Counted from the first letter of the stretch, positions 10,356 to 19,652 are shown. The stretch is DNA of 64,000 nt from an uncultured Gemmatimonadales bacterium (GCA_963842945.1 CAWJIM010000019.1:384001-448000), one strand, 5' to 3'. The notes: generated by a model from the letters alone, not told the origin. Numbers and translations: made by a program.

Positions 10356-11365
10356 TGAAAGTCGCGATCCTCTTCGATGCCGGTAGCGAAGAGTGGAGTC
10401 CCCAGGACGTGGCCGCGGTGGTGGCCAATGTCCACGAGGTGCGCGATGTGCTCCGGCGGCGGGGGCACGAGGTGGAGCTCCTGCCCGTCCGGTACGGCGA
10501 TTTCCGCTGGCTCTCCCGGGTACGGCGCTCCGATCTGGTCTTCAATCTCTGCGAGGGCATCAACGGGCATGCCCGGTTCGAGGATCTGGTCGTGGGCACC
10601 CTCGAGCTGACCGGCGTCCCCTTCACCGGGTGCCTGGCCTGGCCCACCACGGTCTGCCATCGCAAGCACGTGGCCAATACCCTGCTCTCGTCGGCTGGTG
10701 TGCCGGTGCCGGCCTTCACCCTGGCCCAGGCCAACAAGGGACCGGCCGAGTTCCCCCTTCCTGCCATCGTGAAGCCGGCCGCCGAAGACGCCAGCGTCGG
10801 CATCGACAACAGTGCCGTGTGCACCAGCAAGCGTGCCCTCAAGCGGAGGGTCGCCCAGATGCTGGAGCAGTTCGAGGAGGTCGTCATCCAGGAATACGTC
10901 GCCGGACGCGAATTCAACGTCGGCTTCGTGGGCAAGCGGATGCTGCCCATCGCCGAGATCCGGTTCGACGATCTGCCCGAGGGAACCTGGCCCATCGTGA
11001 GCTACGCGGCCAAGTGGATCCCGGGGAGCCCGGAGGATGAGGGCACCATCCCGGTCTGTCCGGCCGAGCTGGAGACGGACCTCCATCAGCGGATCTCCCA
11101 GGTAGCCCGCACGGCCTGGGAGCAGATGTCCGACGGCGAAGGCTACGGCCGCATCGATATGCGTCTGAGCGAGGACGGCCAGCCTTACGTCCTCGAGGTC
11201 AATCCTACCCCGGACCTCTCCAGCAACGCGGGCCTGGCCCGGATGGGCCGCGCCTTCGGCTGGAGCTACGACGACCTGGTCATGCAGATCGTTGACGAGG
11301 CACTCACTCGCTCGCAGAGCCATCGGGCAGCCGCGGCTCTGGTCAGCGGGGTGTCCGCCGCTTGA
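10355..11365 (+). CDS. D-Ala-D-Ala ligase-like ATP-grasp ligase 2
   Basis: VFNLCEG, IVKPAAEDASVGI, GREFNV, GRIDMR, EVNPTPD; TGATG coupling. Confidence 0.88.
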   Translation: MKVAILFDAGSEEWSPQDVAAVVANVHEVRDVLRRRGHEVELLPVRYGDFRWLSRVRRSDLVFNLCEGINGHARFEDLVVGTLELTGVPFTGCLAWPTTVCHRKHVANTLLSSAGVPVPAFTLAQANKGPAEFPLPAIVKPAAEDASVGIDNSAVCTSKRALKRRVAQMLEQFEEVVIQEYVAGREFNVGFVGKRMLPIAEIRFDDLPEGTWPIVSYAAKWIPGSPEDEGTIPVCPAELETDLHQRISQVARTAWEQMSDGEGYGRIDMRLSEDGQPYVLEVNPTPDLSSNAGLARMGRAFGWSYDDLVMQIVDEALTRSQSHRAAAALVSGVSAA

Positions 11366-11862
11366 GCGGCACCATTGTCTCCCCCCATCTTCGCGATCTC
11401 ACTCAAGCCGACCGGGAGCGCATCGAGGCGATCACCCGGTCGGTGGGACTGTTCCGCGAAGATGAAATCGGGATCGCGCTCGAGGTCTTCGATGAGGCAG
11501 TGGGGGCCGGACCGGCCAACACCTATGACCTACTCGGCGCAGAGCTGGACGGCGGCCTCGTCGGCTGGATCTGCTGGGGTCCGACTCCCTGCACCCTTGG
11601 CACCTACGACCTCTACTGGATGGCGGTCGATCCCGGAGCTCAGGGCACCGGGGTCGGAACCGCGCTGCTGCGGGAGATGGAGCGGCGGCTCGTAGGAATC
11701 GCCCGGCTCATCGTCGTCGAGACCGCCGGGCGGGCGGACTATGGGGCCACCCGGGCGTTCTATCGGGCCCGGGGCTACTCGCCGGTCTCGGTCATCCCGG
11801 ACTTCTATGCGCCCGGGGACGATCAGGTGGTGTTTGTGAAAAACGTGAGCGGTGAACGGTGA
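11362..11862 (+). CDS. GNAT family N-acetyltransferase
   Basis: YWMAVDPGAQGTGVGTALL acetyl-CoA motif, FYRARGY. Confidence 0.9.
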   Translation: MSGTIVSPHLRDLTQADRERIEAITRSVGLFREDEIGIALEVFDEAVGAGPANTYDLLGAELDGGLVGWICWGPTPCTLGTYDLYWMAVDPGAQGTGVGTALLREMERRLVGIARLIVVETAGRADYGATRAFYRARGYSPVSVIPDFYAPGDDQVVFVKNVSGER

Positions 11863-11944
11863 GCGGTAAACGGTAAACGGGAGAGAGACCGGGATGAGGG
11901 CTCATCGGCCCCGTCCCGTTGACCGCTCACTGTTTACCGTTCAC
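11845..11944. repeat. inverted heptamer array (GTRARCG x5 ... CGYTYAC-like x4)
   Basis: GTGAGCG GTGAACG GTGAGCG GTAAACG GTAAACG ... CGTTGAC CGCTCAC TGTTTAC CGTTCAC; contains the GNAT TGA stop. Confidence 0.85.
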
Positions 11945-11959
11945 GCTCTTGGAGGGACT

Positions 11960-13085
11960 ATGGCGGAGACCTGGCAAGAAGTCCTCAAAAAGAACTCGAT
12001 CGCCTCGCTCGAGGCGTTGGCCCAGAAGTTCGGTCCCGAAAACTTCCCCGAGCTTGACCGTCTGCGGCAGGCGGCGGAGAACTTCGAGTTCCGGATCTCG
12101 CCGGCCATGGTCGAACTGATCAAGTCGCCCAACGACCCGATCTGGCGTCAGTACGTTCCCTCGGTCGAAGAGCTGGACGTGGTGGACGGTATGGTGGACT
12201 CGCTCAACGAGGACGCCGACAGTCCGGTTCCCAACATCACCCATCGCTACCCTGATCGGGCGCTCTTTCTGGTCTCTCCCGTCTGCGCCACCTACTGCCG
12301 CTTCTGCACTCGCCGGCGGAAGGTGGGCGACCCGGAGAAGATCCCCATGTCGCAGTTCGAGAGCGCCTTCCAGTATCTGGAGGCGCACACCGAGATCCGC
12401 GACGTCATCATGTCGGGGGGCGATCCGCTGCTGCTCAACGACCGGCGGCTCGAGGCCATCCTCACCCGGCTCAGGGCCATTCCCCATCTCCAGATCATCC
12501 GGATCGGGAGCCGGATTCCCTGTCATCTGCCGGAGCGGATCACGCCCGAGCTCTGCGCCATGCTCAAGCGGTTCCACCCGCTCTTCATCAATACTCACTT
12601 CAACCATCCCGACGAGCTGACCCCAGCCGCGGTAGCGGGCTTGGGCCGGCTGGCCGATGCCGGCATCCCGCTGGGCTGCCAGACGGTGCTGCTGAAGGGC
12701 GTGAACGACACTCCCGCCGTCATGATGGAGCTGATGCATCGCCTCCTGATGGCGCGGGTCCGGCCCTACTACATCTACATGGCCGACCAGGTGGCTGGGG
12801 CCGAGCACTTTCGGACGACAGTCCAGACGGGGATCGAGATCATGCGGGCTCTCCGCGGCTGGACCAGCGGCTTGGCCATCCCCTACTTCGTCATCGACGC
12901 CCCGGGCGGCGGGGGCAAGATCCCGATCCTGCCGGAATACGTCGAGAGCATGAATGAGGACGAGGTGGTGCTCAAGAACTTCCGGGGCGAGCGCTACATC
13001 TATCGTCAGCCGAGGGAAGAGGCGGGGGTCATCGAGCTGAAGAAGCCCCGGAAGCGAGCCACGAGGAGACGGAAGACCGCGTACA
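11960..13085 (+). CDS. kamA: KamA family radical SAM/PLP enzyme (lysine 2,3-aminomutase-like); 3' end approximate
   Basis: THRYPDR, CATYCRFC, SGGDPL, THFNHP, PYY, DAPGGGGK; the ORF reads through to 13855, probably from a lost stop near RRRKTA. Confidence 0.88.
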
Positions 13086-13099
13086 CCACGGGCTACCTC

Positions 13100-14691
13100 G
13101 CGACCCATCTTCCATCTCCCATTCAACCCGCTGGCCCACGAATACGGATCGATCTTCACATCCGACAATCTCCGGCTGACCGCGGCGACATTGGCCAGCG
13201 AGTAGAGGAAGATCGCGGGCACGTCGGCATTCAGCGTGTCCATCGCCTCACGCCAGACTCCCTTCGCCTTTCCGGCACCCTCCTCCAGCGACGCTGCCCG
13301 TACCAGCGAGTCGAACGCGGGATTTCCATAGTGCCCGTAGTTCAGCGCCGCCCAGCCGGATCGGGTCCACTGGTCACCCAGTCCCCGGGGACTGGGCTCA
13401 TCCAGGTACGCGCCGATGTAGCTGTCGAAGCGCCCCTTGGCCAATCGCTCCTGAAATACTGGAAACTCGACCGTGGTCACCGTCGCCGGCACGCCCACCC
13501 GTCGCCAGGCCTCTTGTATGGCCACGGCAAGCTGCCGCCGGGTGGCGCTGGTAGCGGGAACCAGAATATCGATGCTCCGCAAAGACTGTCGCGCCTTGAT
13601 CCGGCCGATCTCCTGTCTTGCTCGAGCGGTGTCGAACGGCAGTGGCGAATCCCGTCGTCCCAGATCCAAAGCAACTGTGACATCGGTCCCGGTGGCGGCT
13701 TGGTTCCCTCCCCAAAGAGCGCCGTGGCCAGCGTCCGGCGGTCCACCGCCTGGGCCAGGGCCTGGCGCAGCTGCCGGTTCCCCAGATGCGGATGGGCCCG
13801 ACCTCTGGCGTCGGCAACGTTGAATGCCAGGAACCCGTACACGCCGGCCGGGTAGGTGATCAGCCGGAAGCTGGAGTCGCGAGCCACCCGCGCTGTGCGC
13901 TCTTTCGAGCCCACCGTCTCCATCAGGTCAGCCTGATGAGCCAACAGCAGATTGAGCGCAGCGTCGGGGTCAGGCGCGAACCGCCAGATGGCCCGGCGAA
14001 TCGAAGGCTTCTCGCCGGTCCACGCCGTATCCGCCGCAAGCGTCAGGAAGCTGCCGCGCCCCCAGTTCTGAATCCGGTAGGGCCCACTACCGACCAGATG
14101 TGAGAGGCTGGTGTCGGCCTCCCAACGCTTCCGCGGGATCGAGTCCCAGACATGCTTCGGCAAGACCCTGACATGGTAGGTGGCGTCGTACAGCTGCTCC
14201 GGTGAGCGCTCGCTGAACCCCACCCGCACTGTCATGGAGTCCTCCGCGGTCGCAGTGACCTTGCCGGCCAAATAGCTCTGGGCTCCCGACGCCAGCGTCG
14301 AGTCGCTGAAGACGTCGAACGAGAAGACCACGTCCTCCGCCAGCACCGGCCGACCGTCCTGCCAGCGGGCGTTCGGCCGGAGACGAAACCGCCAGTTCAG
14401 GGAGTCGACTCGCTCCCAGCGCTCGGCCAGCCCCGGCCGGTAGGCGCTCTGGTCAACCGGCGAAGCGCCAGGCGACAGGTAGGCCAGCCGCTCGTAGATC
14501 TGATCGCTGATGTCGCGGGCCACGGTTTCACTCACCAGCGGAGGGATGAGCGTCGAAGGCTCACCAGTCGCGGCAATGACTACCGTCGAACACTCGGGGC
14601 AATCCTTTCCCCGCTCTCCGCAGCTCGCCAGCCATCCGCCGAGCCATAGTAGAAGTGTTGTCCGGAGCGCTGACCTCATTGAGTGCCTCAT
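13100..14691 (-). CDS. peptide ABC transporter substrate-binding lipoprotein (OppA/DppA, SBP family 5), frameshifted near 13650
   Basis: Lipobox WLASC; PGLAERWE, FRLRPNARWQDG, VGSGPY, LRQALAQAVDR; C-half in ORF 11927..13669 (Y.NPAFD..V, DVPAIFLY); 3' end approximate. Confidence 0.85.
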
Positions 14692-14769
14692 GGAAGGATG
14701 AAAAGCCGATCGCCCCACCCGGAACAGCTCAAGCTCAGGTCGGAGAATACAGCAACATATAACTTTGGC

Positions 14770-14784
14770 TCAAAGGGCATGCCC
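14770..14784 (-). promoter_or_regulatory. possible sigma54-like -24/-12 element upstream of the SBP gene
   Basis: GGGCATGCCCTTTGA (GG-N10-GA, one mismatch at -12); resembles the element at 18961-18975. Confidence 0.3.
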
Positions 14785-14859
14785 GTGCAGCCACTGTGCG
14801 CTTGTGCTCGCCCTGGTGGGTGGGCTCTGCAGCGATGCAAGGGGAAGGACCTGCGGGGA

Positions 14860-16473
14860 CTAGGCCGCGGCGGACATCCTGCCGATCGACCGAAGGAAAG
14901 CCTCGAAGATGTCGGGCCGCCACCAGCTACGGCATTCCTGCATCCGGCCGAGCGCGTCGGCCACGGTCAGCGCGCCGCGATAGCTCCGGCTGGTGGTCAG
15001 CGCGTCGAACACGTCCACGATGCAGATGATCTGGGCATTGACCGGGATCTCGTCGCCCTTGAGCCGGTCGGGGTATCCCGTCCCGTCGTACTTCTCGTGG
15101 TGCCAGCGAATGATCGGCTTGATGTCCCAGGGAAATTCCACCGTCGCGAGCAGCTCGAGCCCCCAGACCGGGTGCATCTGAATTACCCGGAACTCCTCCG
15201 GCGTGAGCGAGCCCGGCTTGTTGAGGACCTCGTGCGGCACCCGGACCTTGCCCAGATCGTGCAGATACGCGCCGATCCGGATGGTGGTCTGCTGCTGCTC
15301 GTCCAGCCCCAGCTCGCGGGCCACGCCAAGGGCATAATCGGCTACCCGCTCGCAGTGACCGAAGGTGTAGCTGTCCGACGATTCAATTGATTGACCCCAC
15401 TCGCGAACCACCGCGAAGTAGGTCTCTTCCAGCTTGAGCACTTTGGTCGAGACGTCCACCAGGTCCACCCGAGCGTCGAGCCGCCCGAACAGCCGGTGCG
15501 CCGCGTTCAGCAGCTTCAGCGCCTCCTGGTTCCGCCCCATGCTCTGATAAAGCAGGGCCAATTCCCGAGACGCTTCCGCCTCGCTCAGGATCGAGCCGGT
15601 GCTCACCGCCAGATCCACCGCCGAGCGGAGCCGGGACTCGGCCAGCGCATGCCGTCCGGTTTCCCGGTACACTCGCCCGATCAGCTTGTAGGCATCAGCC
15701 TTGTCCAGCCGGGAGCCCACCTGATCGAAGATGCCGAGCGCGGCCTCCGCATTCTGCCGGGCCTGCTCGTAATGTTGGCGAGCCAGGTAGACCTCGGCGT
15801 GGTTCAGCAGCCCCAACCCCTGGAGGTGGATGTCGCCGATCGACTTGGCCATGTCCAGGCTGCGGCGGAAGTAACCGTCGGCGTCGTCCCACAGCTCGCG
15901 GTCGGCGCTCACCATGCCGAGGTTGTGATAGGCAATGGCGCAGCCGCGGTCGTCGGCGATGCTCTCGAAGGCGCCCAGTGAGCGCTGGTAGTGAGCCAGG
16001 GCTTCGGCCAGAGCACCCTGGATGTTGGCCAGAATGCCCAGGTTCTGCTCGGTCCGTCCCCGGAGCTCGGCGCTGGCTCCGCCCAGCTCCAGTGCCCGGT
16101 AGAACTTCTCCCTTGCCTGCTCGATGGCGCCGGCCTCGAAGTCGAACCCGGCGAGCGCATTGAGGGCTTCGGCGGCCAGCACCGAATCGCCCATGAGCAG
16201 GCCGGTCTCGTAGCTCTTCTGGCAAAGCGAGCGGGCCCGATCGCCTTCATTGCGGTGATGGTGAACCACTCCCAGCCGGCGCAGCGCCTCGGCCAGCACC
16301 CCACGCTCGCCGGTGCGTTCGGCCGCCTCGATCGCGGCGGTGTAACGCTGCACCGCCTCGGTCATGGCGCCGGCGCGCTCGTGGGCCCGGGCCAGCTGCA
16401 GGAGCTCGGCGGCGGAGGTCAGCTCCGCCGATGGCTTCAGCTTGGGGGGGATGCGCTCGCCCGGGCTCTTCAT
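14860..16473 (-). CDS. TPR-repeat HD-GYP phosphodiesterase
   Basis: About 340 aa of TPR-like helices, then HCERVA, LHDLGK, HPVWG, HHEKYDGTGYP, IVDVFDALT. Confidence 0.92.
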   Translation of the reverse strand: MKSPGERIPPKLKPSAELTSAAELLQLARAHERAGAMTEAVQRYTAAIEAAERTGERGVLAEALRRLGVVHHHRNEGDRARSLCQKSYETGLLMGDSVLAAEALNALAGFDFEAGAIEQAREKFYRALELGGASAELRGRTEQNLGILANIQGALAEALAHYQRSLGAFESIADDRGCAIAYHNLGMVSADRELWDDADGYFRRSLDMAKSIGDIHLQGLGLLNHAEVYLARQHYEQARQNAEAALGIFDQVGSRLDKADAYKLIGRVYRETGRHALAESRLRSAVDLAVSTGSILSEAEASRELALLYQSMGRNQEALKLLNAAHRLFGRLDARVDLVDVSTKVLKLEETYFAVVREWGQSIESSDSYTFGHCERVADYALGVARELGLDEQQQTTIRIGAYLHDLGKVRVPHEVLNKPGSLTPEEFRVIQMHPVWGLELLATVEFPWDIKPIIRWHHEKYDGTGYPDRLKGDEIPVNAQIICIVDVFDALTTSRSYRGALTVADALGRMQECRSWWRPDIFEAFLRSIGRMSAAA

Positions 16474-16560
16474 CAGTAGGACACCGCGTAACGGGAAATG
16501 TGGTGGATCAGGCTACCCGCTTATAGTGTCGGACGTTGTCGCAATTCTTGTAGCTCTAGC
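16473..16560 (-). pseudogene. decayed 3' remnant of a ZU5-like lipoprotein gene
   Basis: Minus strand reads SYKNCDNVRHYKRVA, then out of frame IHHISRYAVSY*, matching SYENC...IEHFSRYAVAY* of the upstream paralogs; its TGA overlaps the HD-GYP ATG. Confidence 0.8.
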
Positions 16561-16571
16561 TGACGTTCCAG

Positions 16572-17636
16572 CTACGCAAGACTCTCCTCCACCTGGTTGA
16601 TCCGGGTAGCGACATCCACCAGATCGCGCCGGGCATCCAGCCGGCCAAACAGGGTACGGGCAATGTTCAGATAGGCCAGCGCCTCCTGCCCTCGGCCCAT
16701 GGCCTGATAAAGCAACGCCATTTCCCGCGCCACCTCCGCCTCGGTCAGGATGGAGCCGGTGCTGGCCGCCAGCTCCATGGCGCTCCGGAGCCGCGACTCC
16801 GCCAGGGGGTAGCGGCCGGTCTCTCGATAGGTTCGGCCGATCACTCGGTACGCGTCGGCCTTGTCGATCTGGCTGCCCAGCTGATCGAAGATCCCCAGGG
16901 CCGACTCGGCGCTATGCCGCGCCTGGTCGTAGTCCTGCCGGGCCAGGTGGACCTCGGCGTAATTCAGCAGCCCCAGGGCTTCCAGATGGAGGTCGCCGAG
17001 CGCCCGGGCGATTCCCAGGCAGAGCCGGAAGTAGCGGTCGGCATCGTCCCACCGCTCGCAGTCAGCACTCACCATCCCGAGGTTGTGATAGGCGATCGCG
17101 CAGCCACGGTCGTCCCCAATGCTCTCGAATGAGAGGAGGGACTGGCGATAATGCGCGATTGCCTCGTCCGGGTCGCCCTGGACGTTGGCCAGGATGCCGA
17201 GGTTCTGCTCAGCCCGTCCTCGGAGATGGGCGCTCGCTCCGCCCAGCTGCAGGGCCTCCTGGAACTTCTCCTTGGCCGAGTGCATGGACCCGCTCTCCAG
17301 ATCGAACCCGGCGAGCGCGTTCAAGGCCTCGGCCGCCAGCACCGGGTCGCCCAGATCCACCGCGATCTTGTGGCTTCGCTCGCACATCTGTCGGGCCAGA
17401 ACCGGCTGGCTCCGACGGTGATGCACGATCCCCGAGCGGCGCAACGACTCGGCCACGATGGCCCGTTCACTGGCCCGTTCGGCGGCCTCGACCGCCGCGG
17501 TGTAGCACTGCAGAGCCTCGGCCATGCAGCCGCCCAGCTCGTGGGCCCGTCCTTCCCGAAGGAATTCCGCGGCGCGAGTGGACCCCTTGTCCTCGGTCCA
17601 CCGGGCCAGCGGGAACGATCGCAGTCTGTTTCTCAC
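16572..17636 (-). CDS. TPR-repeat protein, paralog of the HD-GYP sensor domain with no output domain
   Basis: Colinear with the first ~350 aa of 14860..16473 (LAAEALNALAGFD, EQNLGILAN, DDRGCAIAYHNLGMVSAD, ESRLRSA, LFGRLDAR); ends where HD-GYP begins. Confidence 0.9.
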   Translation of the reverse strand: MRNRLRSFPLARWTEDKGSTRAAEFLREGRAHELGGCMAEALQCYTAAVEAAERASERAIVAESLRRSGIVHHRRSQPVLARQMCERSHKIAVDLGDPVLAAEALNALAGFDLESGSMHSAKEKFQEALQLGGASAHLRGRAEQNLGILANVQGDPDEAIAHYRQSLLSFESIGDDRGCAIAYHNLGMVSADCERWDDADRYFRLCLGIARALGDLHLEALGLLNYAEVHLARQDYDQARHSAESALGIFDQLGSQIDKADAYRVIGRTYRETGRYPLAESRLRSAMELAASTGSILTEAEVAREMALLYQAMGRGQEALAYLNIARTLFGRLDARRDLVDVATRINQVEESLA

Positions 17637-17638
17637 GT

Positions 17639-18183
17639 TCAGTAGGCCACCGCGTAACGAGAGAAATGCTCGATCGGGCTGGTGACGTACTCGTACTTTG
17701 GGTAGTCCAGCGAGAACAACGGCTGGAGAATCGAGAGCCCCTCGCTGGTGTAGACGATGCCCTTCGGGCCGGCCACCGCGGCGCAGTTCTCGTAGCTCAT
17801 CCTGAGCTCGGCCGGCCGGGCAAACTTCAGCCCCTCAGGACTGAAGCGCACCGAATTGACCGGGCCGGTGATCTGCTCCGCCACAATCTTCACGTCCCTC
17901 GACAGCGCCCCGGCAGGAATGCGCAGGACGTGCTTTCCGACCTGTACCTCACCGCCTTTGCGCCCCACTACCTCGCTGCGGACGAGATACTTCTGCGGGC
18001 TGCAGGCGAGCAGTACATCGGCTGCCCCCTGAGGGACCAGGCCCGTCTTGGAGAAGGAAGAGGTGATTGCTCATTCGAGACAGTTGATGGTCCGGTCGGC
18101 TCGAAGTCACCGGTGGTACAGCTCACCGCCACGCTCAGCCCGAGTATCAGGCCGAGCAGTGGCCGGATCCGCATTGATCTCAT
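17639..18183 (-). CDS. ZU5-like lipoprotein 2 with C-terminal HFSRYAVAY (frameshift near 18065)
   Basis: Lipobox VAVSC; after the shift LLACSPQKY..VGRKGGEV..LRIPAGAL..VRFSPEGLKFARPAEL..IEHFSRYAVAY. Confidence 0.8.
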
Positions 18184-18197
18184 CGCGCCGTCCTGGG

Positions 18198-18794
18198 TTA
18201 GTAGGCCACCGCGTAGCGGGAGAAATGGTCGATTGGAGCACTGACGGTACGCGACCGGAACAGGTCGAGCGACCGCAAGACCTCCAGGACTTTGAGCTGC
18301 TCGTCGGTGTAGACGATCTTTTTCTGTAGCAGCACCAGCGCGCAGTTCTCGTAGTTCATCGTGAGTACCGCAGGCTTCTGGAACTGCAGGCCCTCAGGGC
18401 CGAAGCGGACCGAGTTGGTCTTCCCGGGGACTTGTTCCGCGGTGATCCTTACCCGCTCGGTCAGGGCACCGCGGGGAATGAAGAGCGAGTTCCTGCCCAC
18501 GGTGATGAGCCCGCCCTCGGGACCGATCGTTTCGCTGTCGCTGTCGTAGGGCAGGGCAGAACAGGTGAGCAGGTCGGTCACCGAGCCCACCGTCCCCACC
18601 ACCGTGTTGGTCAAATCGCCTACGGTGTTGGTGAGGCCACCGGTGAGATCCCCGATCAGGCCGAACTGAGGCTGCGGCTGATCCGACTCCACGAGCGGAG
18701 CCTCGGTTAGCGCCGTATCGCTCGAGGTACAACTCACCCCGGCGAAGAGCAGCAGAGAGAATCCGATGACGGAGAGTCTGCGAGTCCAGCTCAT
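18198..18794 (-). CDS. ZU5-like lipoprotein 1 with C-terminal HFSRYAVAY
   Basis: Lipobox AGVSC; IGPEGG..LFIPRGAL..VRFGPEGLQFQKPAVL ZU5-like pattern; ends IDHFSRYAVAY; alternative in-frame start at 18872. Confidence 0.85.
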   Translation of the reverse strand: MSWTRRLSVIGFSLLLFAGVSCTSSDTALTEAPLVESDQPQPQFGLIGDLTGGLTNTVGDLTNTVVGTVGSVTDLLTCSALPYDSDSETIGPEGGLITVGRNSLFIPRGALTERVRITAEQVPGKTNSVRFGPEGLQFQKPAVLTMNYENCALVLLQKKIVYTDEQLKVLEVLRSLDLFRSRTVSAPIDHFSRYAVAY

Positions 18795-18960
18795 GGCGCT
18801 ACTCCAGGCTAGGGTGAAGAGCATGCGACGATACCGCGACCGCTGGGCGGCCGCCGAACGGATCGGGCGCATGGAGCCTTTCCCCTTTAACCGGGGCTGA
18901 GGCTTGACATGCGCTGCTCGTTCGGTACGCGGAACTTTAAGTCAGGCGGGCACTTAGCGG

Positions 18961-18975
18961 GCAAGGAGCATGCCC
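18961..18975 (-). promoter_or_regulatory. sigma54-type -24/-12 promoter candidate
   Basis: GGGCATGCTCCTTGC = GG-N10-GC with TTGC, about 90-170 nt upstream of the lipoprotein starts. Confidence 0.55.
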
Positions 18976-19196
18976 CTCAAAATCGCGGGTGTCAGTAGAT
19001 TTTGGCGGCTAAATACCTTGCGATCGGGAGTCTTCGGGCAATTCAAAACTTGACGGGTCGGTGAGCCGAAAATCGTCTGATTTCCCGACGATGTGCAAAG
19101 AAGCGTGCTGCGGAATTCCGCGCGGTAGGACATGGCATCTTGCTGCGATTTGCCAGCGAAGTTGTGGTGCAGCGGGTTGGCGGTCAGGTTCGCCGG

Positions 19197-19563
19197 CTAG
19201 ACGGCGAAGCCATGACGGGCGCTCCGCAGCACGACGGCATAGACCGCCAGGTTCAGCCCGATCACCAACCCAGGCCCAGCACCAGCTGAACGTTCCGGGT
19301 CAGTCCTGAAGGGTACAGCACCGGCAGCAGGTAATGCTCGACGAATCCTCCCTGGTAGCCCTGCAGCCCGGCGCTCTCCCGCAGCCGCTTCTCCAGTGGT
19401 GTCAGCGGGCAGATCCAGCCGACCAGCTCGATGAGCGCACCATAGAGCGGCCACCGGCAGGTGCACATACGCCAGCCTTCGGCCACCGCAGCGCCAGCAG
19501 CCCGCCGAAAACGACGAAGAGGACGAAGGCAAAGTGAACGAGAACGACCAGGTCGGCGAGCAT
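19197..19563 (-). CDS. DUF2784 membrane protein (frameshifted)
   Basis: MLADLVVLVHFAF.., WICPLTPLE, GGFVEHYL motifs across frames. Confidence 0.8.
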
Positions 19564-19573
19564 CTAATAAAAA

Positions 19574-19652
19574 GCGTGAGCGGGACAAGGGCGAGCGTGA
19601 GCGGTAAGCGGGAACAACCTCACCGCTTACGCCTGTCCTAGTCCCGCTTACG
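19574..19652. repeat. inverted heptamer-like array (GTRAGCG / CGCTYAC)
   Basis: GTGAGCG/GTAAGCG units facing CGCTTAC units; includes the EF-G TAA stop. Confidence 0.65.

Noticed and set aside
9252..11365. Housekeeping ddl or vancomycin-resistance ligases
   Set aside because: No GG.S.E N-terminal motif or LHG..GEDG, and no mur/van neighbours; context points to a KamA-linked pathway.
11927..13855. Apparent long antisense overlap between kamA (to 13855) and the SBP C-terminal ORF (to 11927)
   Set aside because: Recognisable motifs of both proteins end near 13085-13120; the extensions are antisense read-through, most likely from stop codons lost to sequence errors.
19133..19146. Plus-strand sigma54 promoter TGGCATCTTGCTGC
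   Set aside because: GG-to-GC spacing is 9 rather than 10 nt and there is no downstream plus-strand gene.
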